A stretch of DNA of 64,000 nt, from contig DCVT01000044.1 of the NCBI GenBank assembly GCA_002328075.1, positions 144,907-208,906 on the forward strand. Reading direction: 5' to 3'. The translations under genes and the position numbers were made by a program. Under the pieces are notes generated by a model. The model ran no database searches. It was not told the DNA's origin and saw only the letters and a program-made list of their open reading frames with translations. How positions within the stretch are numbered: position 1 is the stretch's first letter; each line of letters opens with the position of its first letter. Origin of the DNA: Anaerolineales bacterium UBA2181. GTDB lineage: Bacteria; Chloroflexota; Anaerolineae; Promineifilales; UBA4811. Shown here in pieces: positions 46,939-55,126 of the stretch.

Positions 46939-47787
46939 CCCAGGCTGCCAGTTCTGCGAACATCACCAACGGGATGCCCCTATCTTTCAACCGAGCATTG
47001 ACCGTTGGATGGCAGAGAATCGCCAACTCGGCGCGACACAGGCTGATGTAACTGCTCCCCAGGAGCGGGTCGGCATACCGTGGATAGCACATCAACTCGA
47101 TAACGCCCGGCAGTATAGAATTCATGATGTCAAGCAGTCGCTCGAGCGTAGCTCCGGGGCCGCAACAGGCATTGGCAAACGCATCCGGGAAACGCAGGAG
47201 AGCCGGGTTATGGGGCTGCACGCTGACCGGAACCCAGGTCGCAGCCAGCTCCAGGGATGACCGTGTCCCTGAAGCAACCTTCCGAACGATGCCCGTCGAG
47301 CGCGAACGGCATCCGGACCGCCAGATGGTACTCGGCCGCCGACTGCAGCATGATCCCGAGCAGCGCGGAATGCAGGTGGGTGACATGGCGATGGCTGTCC
47401 AGGTGGTCGGGCTGAACACCGGGCGTCCTTGCGGCTGCCGTCTGCGCCCGCAATTCGGCGCGCACCTCTTCCGCGTCCAGGTTCACCAGTCGGCTGATCA
47501 AAGCCGGGCGCGCAAGAAAAGGTATGTGCGTCGACCAATGAAGGGATCTGGCGCCCTGGCAGGATGGGATGGCCGGCAGCGAGACACAGATGCACCCCCA
47601 ACCCATGGAGGGGGTTTCTGACCGGGCCAGGGTTGCCTCGACGAAGGAGCCGGGTTGCTGGATCATCACCGAGGCGCTGGTGACGATACCTGCACGGTGC
47701 GCCTGTCGAATGCCGGATGCCGGCGCTCACCGCAGCGCTGCGGCCATAGTCGTCGGAATTTGCGATGAGGTTGCAGCCGGCTCGCAT
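46919..47787 (-). pseudogene. YdjC/ChbG-family carbohydrate deacetylase, disrupted by at least four frameshifts
   Basis: Family-typical segments are spread over three minus-strand frames. Frame of ORF 47122..47892: MRAGCNLIANSDDYGRSAAVSAGI and LGVHLCLAAGHPILPGRQIPSLVDAH. Frame of 47208..47669: (IRQAHRAGIVTSAS)VMIQQPGSFVEATLARSETPSMG and LVNLDAEEVRAELRAQ...PDHLDSHRHVTHL...AVRMPF. Frame of 46919..47419: LRFPDAF...LPGVIELMCYPRYADP...RAELAILCHP...GIPLVMFAEL. The order is colinear with an intact YdjC protein. Confidence 0.7.
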
Positions 47788-48029
47788 CGGCTCTGCATGG
47801 TCAAGCCGCACGACCGCCCCGGTCCAGTCGCACGCTGAATTCTGAATCCCTAATAGTGGCACCAATGCAGACCAGTATAGCACCCCGGCCAAAGCGTCGC
47901 AAGGTTCCGCCGGAGTCGCTCACCGCAGGTGGTCAGCAATCAGTCCGCGTCACGTTCGATAGGAATGCATCGCCACAACGCCCAAACCAGCCAGCGCTCG
48001 CAATTCTGCCTGTAACTTTGTCCGGATGC

Positions 48030-48058
48030 TTGACAAACAACGATGGGCGTGCTATTAT
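48030..48058 (+). promoter_or_regulatory. strong sigma70-like promoter for the ROK regulator gene
   Basis: TTGACA (48030-48035), N17, TATTAT (48053-48058), followed by AAGGA and GTG at 48096. Confidence 0.5.
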
Positions 48059-48095
48059 TCGGACCACCTACAGGGAAAACCATCAAGGAACAACG

Positions 48096-49307
48096 GTGAA
48101 CGGCACCGAGTTAATACGAGGCCCGAACAAAGCTACTGTGCTGAACTTGGTGCGCCAGGCGCAGTCCATATCGCGCACCCAGATCGCCCGGCAGACTGGG
48201 CTCAGCCGGTCGGCTGTGTCAACCATCGTCGCAGAATTGCTGGAGGCGGGATGGATCGTGGAATGCGGCTCGGGCAAGTCGTCCGGCGGTCGCCGCCCAA
48301 TCCTCCTTGCCCATCGGCCTCAGGCGGGATACGTGCTGGGTCTGGATGTGGGTGCTAGTCACCTCTCGGCGCTGGTCACGGACCTGGACGCCCATGTTCT
48401 GGCCGAGGTACGGCGTGCATTTGACGTCAGTCGGGGTCCTGGGGTGGGCCTGCCGGCCATTGCCAGCATCGGCGAGGATGTTCTGGCCCAGGGCGACGTG
48501 GATCGGCAACAGCTACTGGCCGTTGGCATAGCGGTGCCGGGCCCGCTGGATTACCAGCGCGGTACGGTGATTGCCCCACCCATCATGCCCGGTTGGGACG
48601 GATTCCCGATCCGCAGCCATTTGGAGGTTCGTTTTGGAGTCCCGGTCTATCTGGACAATGACGCCAATCTGGGAGCCCTGGGCGAGCTCCGGTACGGGGC
48701 GGGCCGGGGTCTGCAAAACCTGGCATTCATCAAGGTTGCCACCGGCATCGGGTGCGGAATCGTGATTGACGGGCGGATCTATCACGGTCAGACGGGCGCT
48801 GCCGGAGAGATCGGCCATGTGGTCGTCGATCCGGACGGCCCTCCTTGCACCTGTGGAGGTTTCGGATGCCTGGAGGCAATGGCCGGTGGCCCGGCGATTG
48901 CCGCTCGCGCCGGTTTGGCTATCCAGGCCGGTCAGTCCACGATCCTGAGAACCGGTCAAGCCAATGGCAACCTTTCCGCCCGCGACGTGGCGGAAGCGGC
49001 GCGCCGCGGGGACCCGCTGAGCCGACAGCTTTTTGCTGACGCCGGCCGTCTGATTGGGTTGGCTGCGGCCGATGTGATCAACCTTCTGAACCCAGGCCGG
49101 CTCATCATCGGCGGAGGAGTCTCACAGGCCGGTGATCTCATCCTGGAGACGTTGCGGGAGACGGTCGACCGACGGACGGTGCGAGCAGCCATTGAAAACG
49201 TGGACGTGGTACAATCCGAGTTGGGTGTTCGGTCAACCGCTTTGGGCGCAGTCGCCCTTGCGCTTCAGGAAACCTTCAAGAGCTCTGCCGTGGATTTCGG
49301 TTTCTGA
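48096..49307 (+). CDS. ROK-family transcriptional regulator (NagC/XylR-like)
   Basis: The ORF opens at 47856, but the promoter at 48030 and the usual family length favour GTG 48096 (403 aa). N-terminal wHTH NKATVLNLVRQAQSISRTQIARQTGLSRSAVSTIVAELLEAGWI, sugar-kinase fold LGLDVGASH, and the ROK zinc motif EIGHVVVDPDGPPCTCGGFGCLE. Confidence 0.88.
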   Translation: MNGTELIRGPNKATVLNLVRQAQSISRTQIARQTGLSRSAVSTIVAELLEAGWIVECGSGKSSGGRRPILLAHRPQAGYVLGLDVGASHLSALVTDLDAHVLAEVRRAFDVSRGPGVGLPAIASIGEDVLAQGDVDRQQLLAVGIAVPGPLDYQRGTVIAPPIMPGWDGFPIRSHLEVRFGVPVYLDNDANLGALGELRYGAGRGLQNLAFIKVATGIGCGIVIDGRIYHGQTGAAGEIGHVVVDPDGPPCTCGGFGCLEAMAGGPAIAARAGLAIQAGQSTILRTGQANGNLSARDVAEAARRGDPLSRQLFADAGRLIGLAAADVINLLNPGRLIIGGGVSQAGDLILETLRETVDRRTVRAAIENVDVVQSELGVRSTALGAVALALQETFKSSAVDFGF

Positions 49308-49451
49308 CATCCATGTCCATACAGTGTGGCAATCTGCCCGGCCGGCGCGGTTGGGCGGCAAATGAAAGCAAGGGAGGTGGTGCGCAAATCAATAGTGTGA
49401 GTCACGACAACCAATTTTGGCAAGAGTGCTGAGAATGTTTTCAAGGAGACT

Positions 49452-50735
49452 ATGGAGATGAAGAAGAGTTTGTGGATTCTGTTAACTGTCATTTTGGCCA
49501 TCGGCCTGTTGGCGGCCTGCTCTCCCAAGGAGCCCGCAGCAACAGCGACCGCGCCTGCTGTGACTGCCCCGACCGCGGAGCCCGTCGTGCAGGACCAACC
49601 GGTGACCATTTCTATCTGGCATCAGTGGAGCGGTGACTATCTCAACGCCATCACCGAGGCGTTCAACGAGTACACGGTGGCCCACCCCAACGTCACCATC
49701 GACCTCTCCAAACCCGAGGACACCTCTAATGCCCTCAGCGTGGCCATCCCCGCTGGCGAAGGCCCGGACATCATCGGCTGGGCTAACGACCAGATCGGTA
49801 CGCAGGCCCTCGCCGGCAATATCGTCCCCCTCGGTGACTATGGCATTGACCTCACCTTCCTCAATAGCACCTACGAGCCCGCCGCCGTCCGCGGCGTCGT
49901 CTGGCAGAACATGATCTGGGGCCTCCCCGAAAGCCAGGAAGGTATCGCCATGGTCTACAACAAGGACCTGGTCTCTGATGAGTACCTCCCCACCAACCCC
50001 CTCGACTTTGAGGAACTCCTCACCAAGGCCCAGGCCTTCTACAATGCAACCGGCAAATACCTCGTCTGCAACCAGGGCCTCGGTAACCCGGATGCCTACC
50101 ACGTCGCGCCCATCTACTTTGGCCACGGCGTCTCCGAGTACGTCGATGACCAGGGCATGGTCCACCTCAACTCCCCCGAAGCCCTGGCCGCTGGCGAGTG
50201 GATGGTCCGCTTTAAGGCCTTCGCCCCCGCCGAAACTAGCCACGATATCTGCAAGGCCATGATCGTCGAGGGCAACGCAGGCGCCTGGTGGACTGGCCCC
50301 TGGGCCATCGCTGACCTTGAAGCCGCCGGCATCAACTATGGCATCATCCCCATGGGCAAGCCGTTCGTCGGTATCAAGGCTCTCCTCCTCAGCAAAAACG
50401 CCGTCGACCGCGGCAACCAAGCCGTCGCCATCGACATCATGAAGTACTTTACCAGTGGCTCCGTCCAGGCCAAGATCGCCGCCGCCAACAAGACCATCCC
50501 CGCCCCCACCGCCGCCCTCATGGACTCCGCGGTACAGGCTCTCCCCTCCCTCCGCGGCTTTGGCGCATCCCTCAACCTCGGCGTGCCTATGGCTAACACC
50601 CCCTACGCTGGCGCCCAGTGGGGCCCAGTAGGGGACGCTACCACCGCTATCTGGAACGGCGCCCAGACCCCGCAAGAGGCTCTCGACGCTGCCCAGGCAG
50701 CAGCTGAAAAGGCCATCGACGATATGGGCGGATGA
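49452..50735 (+). CDS. MalE-like sugar (maltose/maltodextrin-type) ABC transporter substrate-binding lipoprotein
   Basis: Signal peptide plus lipobox MEMKKSLWILLTVILAIGLLAAC. TGPWAIADLEAAGINYGIIPMGKPFVGIKALLLS...AIDIMKYFTS...MANTPYAGAQWGPVGDATTAIWNGAQTPQEALDAAQ is colinear with E. coli MalE as I recall it. Confidence 0.88.
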   Translation: MEMKKSLWILLTVILAIGLLAACSPKEPAATATAPAVTAPTAEPVVQDQPVTISIWHQWSGDYLNAITEAFNEYTVAHPNVTIDLSKPEDTSNALSVAIPAGEGPDIIGWANDQIGTQALAGNIVPLGDYGIDLTFLNSTYEPAAVRGVVWQNMIWGLPESQEGIAMVYNKDLVSDEYLPTNPLDFEELLTKAQAFYNATGKYLVCNQGLGNPDAYHVAPIYFGHGVSEYVDDQGMVHLNSPEALAAGEWMVRFKAFAPAETSHDICKAMIVEGNAGAWWTGPWAIADLEAAGINYGIIPMGKPFVGIKALLLSKNAVDRGNQAVAIDIMKYFTSGSVQAKIAAANKTIPAPTAALMDSAVQALPSLRGFGASLNLGVPMANTPYAGAQWGPVGDATTAIWNGAQTPQEALDAAQAAAEKAIDDMGG

Positions 50736-50752
50736 CGCCCCAGTGAACAAGT

Positions 50753-50780
50753 GTGGGGAGAGAGCAAGCTCTCTCCCCAC
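50753..50780 (+). promoter_or_regulatory. intercistronic stem-loop after the binding-protein gene (mRNA stabiliser/attenuating hairpin)
   Basis: GTGGGGAGAGAG-CAAG-CTCTCTCCCCAC is a perfect 12-bp stem with a 4-nt loop, starting 18 nt after the stop at 50735 and ending 33 nt before the permease ATG (50813). No U-tract follows. Confidence 0.5.
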
Positions 50781-50812
50781 TTGCTGTGCAGCGCAATACA
50801 AGGAGACGCACT

Positions 50813-52027
50813 ATGGTTGGTTGGTCTGGACGCCGCAAGACGCTGACCATTCTGATGTTCATTGCCCCCACACTGCTCGGTATCCTGGTTTTTAGCATCT
50901 ACCCGCTGGTCCTCAACACGTTCATCTCTCTGACCAATCGGGGAAAATTCCGACCCAACCCTGACTGCTCCAGCCCCATCTGGAACATCGTGGAGCCCAC
51001 GTGCTGGTTGGGCGAGCCGCCCAAAGGCCTGGCAGAACCTTATGCGTTTAATGATCCGATCCTAAAGAACTACACTGACCTGCTAGGTGGGCTTTTCACC
51101 GGCGCGGCCCTTGTCGCCGTGGCGCGGTTGGTCCTGATCCTGCTACCACTCTGGATTGCCTGGTACGTGAACCGCCGTCTGGATCGACAACTGACCCGCC
51201 CGGTGTCCTCTGGGCTGATATGGTTGGCGGGATTGGTCGGCGCGGTTCTGCTCGGATGGCTGATAAACGCGCCCGCCGCCTATTCGGCGCTGCTCAAGTC
51301 AGGCGACTTTATCATGGTGAATGTTCGCACCGTCCTGTACGTACTGGTGTGCATGCCGCTCTTTTTTGTCACTGGGCTGGTGTTGGCGCTTATCCTGCAC
51401 AACCAGAATCTGCGTGGCGTGCCATTCTTCCGGGTGGTGCTCATCATCCCCTGGGCGGCCTCCACCGTTGCCATCATGATGACCCTGATCTGGCAGTTCT
51501 TCTTTCGGCAGCAGGGCACCATCAATCAGTTGATCGGTTCCGCGCTCAACAATTACCGCCCAGTCACCTTCCTAAACAGCGCTGGCTGGGCCTTTGCCAT
51601 CGTCGTACTGGTCAATCTCTGGTACACGTATGGGTTTTTCATGGTCACGCTACTGGGTGGCCTGCAATCCATTCCCCTGGACATGTACGAGGCGGCCGAG
51701 GTGGACGGCGCTAACTGGTGGAAACAGCTGACCTCCATCACGCTGCCATTGCTTCGGCCGGTGGCCATGCCGGTCATTGTCCTCAGCTCGCTGACTACCT
51801 ACAAGATCGACGCCATCGTCTGGGCACTCACCCAGGGCGGCCCGATTGCCGGGGCTGGCACGCCCGGCGCCACCGAATTCGTGATGGTACACGCCTACAA
51901 GCAGATCTTTCAAACGCAGGCATTCGGCCGCATGGGCGCGTTTGCCGTGATTCTCTTTATTGCGCTTTTTGCGGCCACGCTGTACAGCCTGCGGCTCACC
52001 CAGATTACGAAAGGAGCCACCGAATGA
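50813..52027 (+). CDS. sugar ABC transporter permease (MalF-like)
   Basis: ATG 50813 with AAGGAG upstream (the ORF track opens at 50753, inside the hairpin). The 404-aa product has an extra N-terminal TM pair plus an extracytoplasmic loop as in MalF, and the EAA loop YEAAEVDGANWWKQLTSITLPLLRP. Confidence 0.85.
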   Translation: MVGWSGRRKTLTILMFIAPTLLGILVFSIYPLVLNTFISLTNRGKFRPNPDCSSPIWNIVEPTCWLGEPPKGLAEPYAFNDPILKNYTDLLGGLFTGAALVAVARLVLILLPLWIAWYVNRRLDRQLTRPVSSGLIWLAGLVGAVLLGWLINAPAAYSALLKSGDFIMVNVRTVLYVLVCMPLFFVTGLVLALILHNQNLRGVPFFRVVLIIPWAASTVAIMMTLIWQFFFRQQGTINQLIGSALNNYRPVTFLNSAGWAFAIVVLVNLWYTYGFFMVTLLGGLQSIPLDMYEAAEVDGANWWKQLTSITLPLLRPVAMPVIVLSSLTTYKIDAIVWALTQGGPIAGAGTPGATEFVMVHAYKQIFQTQAFGRMGAFAVILFIALFAATLYSLRLTQITKGATE

Positions 52028-52869
52028 ACCGGCCTCCTGCGCTAGGCGCCAAAATCCTCATGTACGCGATCCTGGTGACCATGTCGCTGATCGCGCTCTA
52101 TCCCATCTGGTTCGCCATCCTGGCCTCTGGACGGTCGGGCGGCCGGCTGTACACTTTGAACCTTCCGGGCATGTTCATCCCAACTGAATGGACCTGGGAG
52201 AACTATCAGACGCTGCTGAACAACACGCCGTTTCTCACGTGGCTCAAGAACAGCCTGATGGTCGCGTCACTAACGTCGGTGTTCTCGGTCAGTCTGGGCA
52301 CAACGGGCGCGTTTGCCTTTAGCCGGTTCAAGTTTCGCGGGCGGGAAGCCGGGCTGATCCTCTTTTTGGCCATACAGGCCTTCCCTGGCATCCTGGCATT
52401 GGTTCCCATTGCGCAGATCCTGAGCGCGTTGGGGCTGTACCGCAGCCACTGGGGCCTGATCATGGCCTACATGGCCGGTCAATTGGTCTTTGCCACATGG
52501 ATGCTCAAGGGGTATTTCGATACCATTCCCATTGACCTGGAAGAGTCCGCAATGATAGACGGCTGCGGCCCGGTCCAATCGTTTATACACGTCGCCCTGC
52601 CGCTGGCCCGACCCCAATTGGCAGTGACCGCGCTGTTTGGGTTCATGGCCGGATGGGGCGAGTTCTTTCTAGCCAATATCCTGATTCCGGCGCCAGATGC
52701 GAAAAAGACGGTGATGGTCGGGATGTACCAGATGGCGGCCGAGGTCAATATCCCGTGGGGCCGGTTTGCCGCCGGTGCGGTTATGGTGATTATGCCTATC
52801 GTCCTGATCTTTCTGTGGCTCCAACGTTACCTGGAGTCCGGCCTGACTGTGGGCGGCGTCAAGGGCTAG
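52024..52869 (+). CDS. sugar ABC transporter permease (MalG-like)
   Basis: ATG 52024 overlaps the upstream stop (ATGA). 281 aa, 6 TM helices, EAA loop EESAMIDGCGPVQSFIHVALPLARP. Confidence 0.88.
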   Translation: MNRPPALGAKILMYAILVTMSLIALYPIWFAILASGRSGGRLYTLNLPGMFIPTEWTWENYQTLLNNTPFLTWLKNSLMVASLTSVFSVSLGTTGAFAFSRFKFRGREAGLILFLAIQAFPGILALVPIAQILSALGLYRSHWGLIMAYMAGQLVFATWMLKGYFDTIPIDLEESAMIDGCGPVQSFIHVALPLARPQLAVTALFGFMAGWGEFFLANILIPAPDAKKTVMVGMYQMAAEVNIPWGRFAAGAVMVIMPIVLIFLWLQRYLESGLTVGGVKG

Positions 52870-52914
52870 CCTCAGGATTAAGGTTGACCGGGCAAGTAAT
52901 CTGCTTTCCGGTCA

Positions 52915-55101
52915 TTGACAAGCCCGACCGCTGACCCATGCGGCCAACAGCGGTCGGGCGCCCGTTCTTCCGAGGGGTCTGGTGCGGTGTCTGGTAGCGG
53001 ACGCAAACGGCTCTACCTCCTGATCACCATCACCTTCCTGGCCGCGGTGTTGCGCGGGTGGGCAGCGCTCCGGCTGCCAACCGATTTCGACGAGCCCGTC
53101 TACCTGCAAGCCGCCTTCGACTACGCCCGCGCCATCCAGGAGGGAGATTGGCGCGCCGTGGCGGATTATGCCGGCAATCGAGAGCACCCTGCGCTGGTCA
53201 AACTGCTCTACGGCGGGGTGACCGCGTTGCTCGGTCCGGATCCAGACTGGTTGGCTGCCGGGTTGGCCAACCGTTTGCTTTCTGCCTTGTGGGGAACGGT
53301 GGCCGTTCTGGTCTTGTCCCTGCTCAGTCCCCTGGCCGGCGGCTTGCTGGCGGCACACACGCTGACCATCAAATACACCGGCCAGGTCTACCTGGAGGCG
53401 CTACCTCACCTGACCTCGTTGGTAGCGGTTCTGGCCCTGGTTAAAGCCAGAACCGCGGGCAGCCGATGGTTCTGGATCTCGGCCGTCGCCCTGGGAGCGA
53501 CCGCTGCCAGCAAGTTCACCTACCTGCCGGTCGGTCTGGTCATCCTCTACCTGGCAACCTGGGAGAAGCGTTGGCGCTGGCAGCACTTGCTTTTCTATGG
53601 AGCTGCGGCCGGGGCCGTGTTTTGGCTGCTCAACCCCACGCTGTGGCATGACCCGTTGAACCGGCTGCTAGAGTTGGCCTCCTTTCATGTGCGCTATTCC
53701 CAAGGAGCACACGTCCAGCAGGTAGGCTACCCCTGGTATCAACCTCTCTATTGGATCTCTCGCTCGCCGCCATCACTGTGGCACCCGGAGGTGTTTTTTT
53801 ACCCGGGAATTGACGGCGCCGTCGCCCTGCTGGGCCTGGTCGGCCTCAACTGGGAGTGGAAAGAACGCCGGTGGGTGGTGGTGTGGGTCCTCACGAGCCT
53901 GCTCTTTCTTCTGCTCTGGCCCACAAAATGGCCGCAATACACGCTGGTGCTGATACCCGCTCTTTGCCTCTCGGCTGGGTCCGCGGTTTACCATGGGCTG
54001 ACCTGGCTCCGGCGACAGGACACTCTTTTGCAGTGGCTAAAAACCATGGTGCCGGCTCCCCCGCGTGCATTTTGGTACCTATCCGGCTCCCTGGTGTTGG
54101 TGATAGCCGCCAGTTACACGGTCGGCACGTTGCAGATGACGCTCGGCCGGTTGGGGTGGTCCCAGATCACGGCGCAGAACTCGTTCCTTCCCAGTAACCT
54201 GGTTCATGCCATTGAGCTGGGTCCCGCAGACCAGATGGTGTTTGCGACCGAACGCGGCGTGGTCATGTGGCCGCTGGAATCGGCCACCGAGACCACCCAG
54301 AACGTCGCGGTATGGACAACGGAGAACTCGGGTTTGATCAGCAACCGGGTGCGGGCAGTCCTCTGCGACCAGGCCGACCGGCTTTGGTTCGGCACCGAGG
54401 CTGGCCTGTCGCAACTGGATGGCGACGTGTGGACCAGCTTTCGCGGTGTGGACCTGGGCCGGGTGGGGAACGAGATCTTGGCGCTAGCTGAAGGGAGCCA
54501 AGGTGAGATATGGGTGGGCACCGGCTTCGGCGCCGCCGTGCTCGACGGCCAATCCTGGTTCAGCTACAGTCAGGACAGCAGCGGTTTGTTGGACAATCGG
54601 GTGCTATCGCTGGCTGTCAGGCATACCCCGGCCGGCGACCAGGTCTGGTTTGGTGCGCCCGGCGGTCTCAGCCGCCTTGATACGGCCACCGACAATTGGT
54701 TGCGCTTTTCCAGCGACGAACTCGGCCTGCCATGGGGCGGCGTGATCGACCTGACGGTTGACTCGGACGGTAACCTCTGGTGCGGTACCGTCGGCGGCGG
54801 CCTGGGATTGTGGGATGGCAGTGGCTGGAGGTTTTTCCGCACCAGCAACTCGGACATTCCGTTCAATACGGTAAACATCGTCCGCGAGGTGGAACCGGGC
54901 GTCCATTGGGTGGGCGTGGCCCTTCCCAACGCCGCCGGTGGGGTATTGGCGGAATTCAACGGCGAGACCTGGCGGGTACTCAATTCGCGCAATTCGGGTT
55001 TCCCTGAGGTCGAAGCTCTGACCTTGGCTATCGACCCCACCGGTCGCCGGTGGCTCGGAACTCGAACGGCCGGGGTGATCATCTATCAACCCCGGCGGTA
55101 G
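52915..55101 (+). CDS. fusion protein: N-terminal GT-C (PMT_2/ArnT-like) membrane glycosyltransferase plus C-terminal beta-propeller (two-component-regulator-propeller-type repeats)
   Basis: 728 aa. RKRLYLLITITFLAAVLRGWAALRLPTDFDEPVYLQAAFDY has the DE first-loop motif, followed by about 11 TM helices. The C-terminal ~300 aa carry six or more repeats of the type VWFGTEAGLSQLDGDVWTSF / IWVGTGFGAAVLDGQSWFSY / VWFGAPGGLSRLD / LWCGTVGGGLGLWDGSGWRFF / RWLGTRTAGVIIY. The start may be GTG ~52987. Confidence 0.75.
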   Translation: MTSPTADPCGQQRSGARSSEGSGAVSGSGRKRLYLLITITFLAAVLRGWAALRLPTDFDEPVYLQAAFDYARAIQEGDWRAVADYAGNREHPALVKLLYGGVTALLGPDPDWLAAGLANRLLSALWGTVAVLVLSLLSPLAGGLLAAHTLTIKYTGQVYLEALPHLTSLVAVLALVKARTAGSRWFWISAVALGATAASKFTYLPVGLVILYLATWEKRWRWQHLLFYGAAAGAVFWLLNPTLWHDPLNRLLELASFHVRYSQGAHVQQVGYPWYQPLYWISRSPPSLWHPEVFFYPGIDGAVALLGLVGLNWEWKERRWVVVWVLTSLLFLLLWPTKWPQYTLVLIPALCLSAGSAVYHGLTWLRRQDTLLQWLKTMVPAPPRAFWYLSGSLVLVIAASYTVGTLQMTLGRLGWSQITAQNSFLPSNLVHAIELGPADQMVFATERGVVMWPLESATETTQNVAVWTTENSGLISNRVRAVLCDQADRLWFGTEAGLSQLDGDVWTSFRGVDLGRVGNEILALAEGSQGEIWVGTGFGAAVLDGQSWFSYSQDSSGLLDNRVLSLAVRHTPAGDQVWFGAPGGLSRLDTATDNWLRFSSDELGLPWGGVIDLTVDSDGNLWCGTVGGGLGLWDGSGWRFFRTSNSDIPFNTVNIVREVEPGVHWVGVALPNAAGGVLAEFNGETWRVLNSRNSGFPEVEALTLAIDPTGRRWLGTRTAGVIIYQPRR

Positions 55102-55126
55102 ATTTCGGTTGAAAACAAGGAGTAAC

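Noticed and set aside
49482-50801. 439-aa minus-strand ORF exactly antisense to the MalE-like gene. Similar long antisense or alternate-frame ORFs occur at 55688..56602, 56690..57736, 41278..42495, 23427..24353, 27763..28911, 1157..2089 and 892..1578.
   Set aside because: Their translations are Gly/Arg/Val/Asp- or Arg/Pro-rich with no motifs. Each is fully shadowed by a gene on the other strand or frame that has clear family signatures. Long stop-free antisense frames are expected in GC-rich coding DNA.
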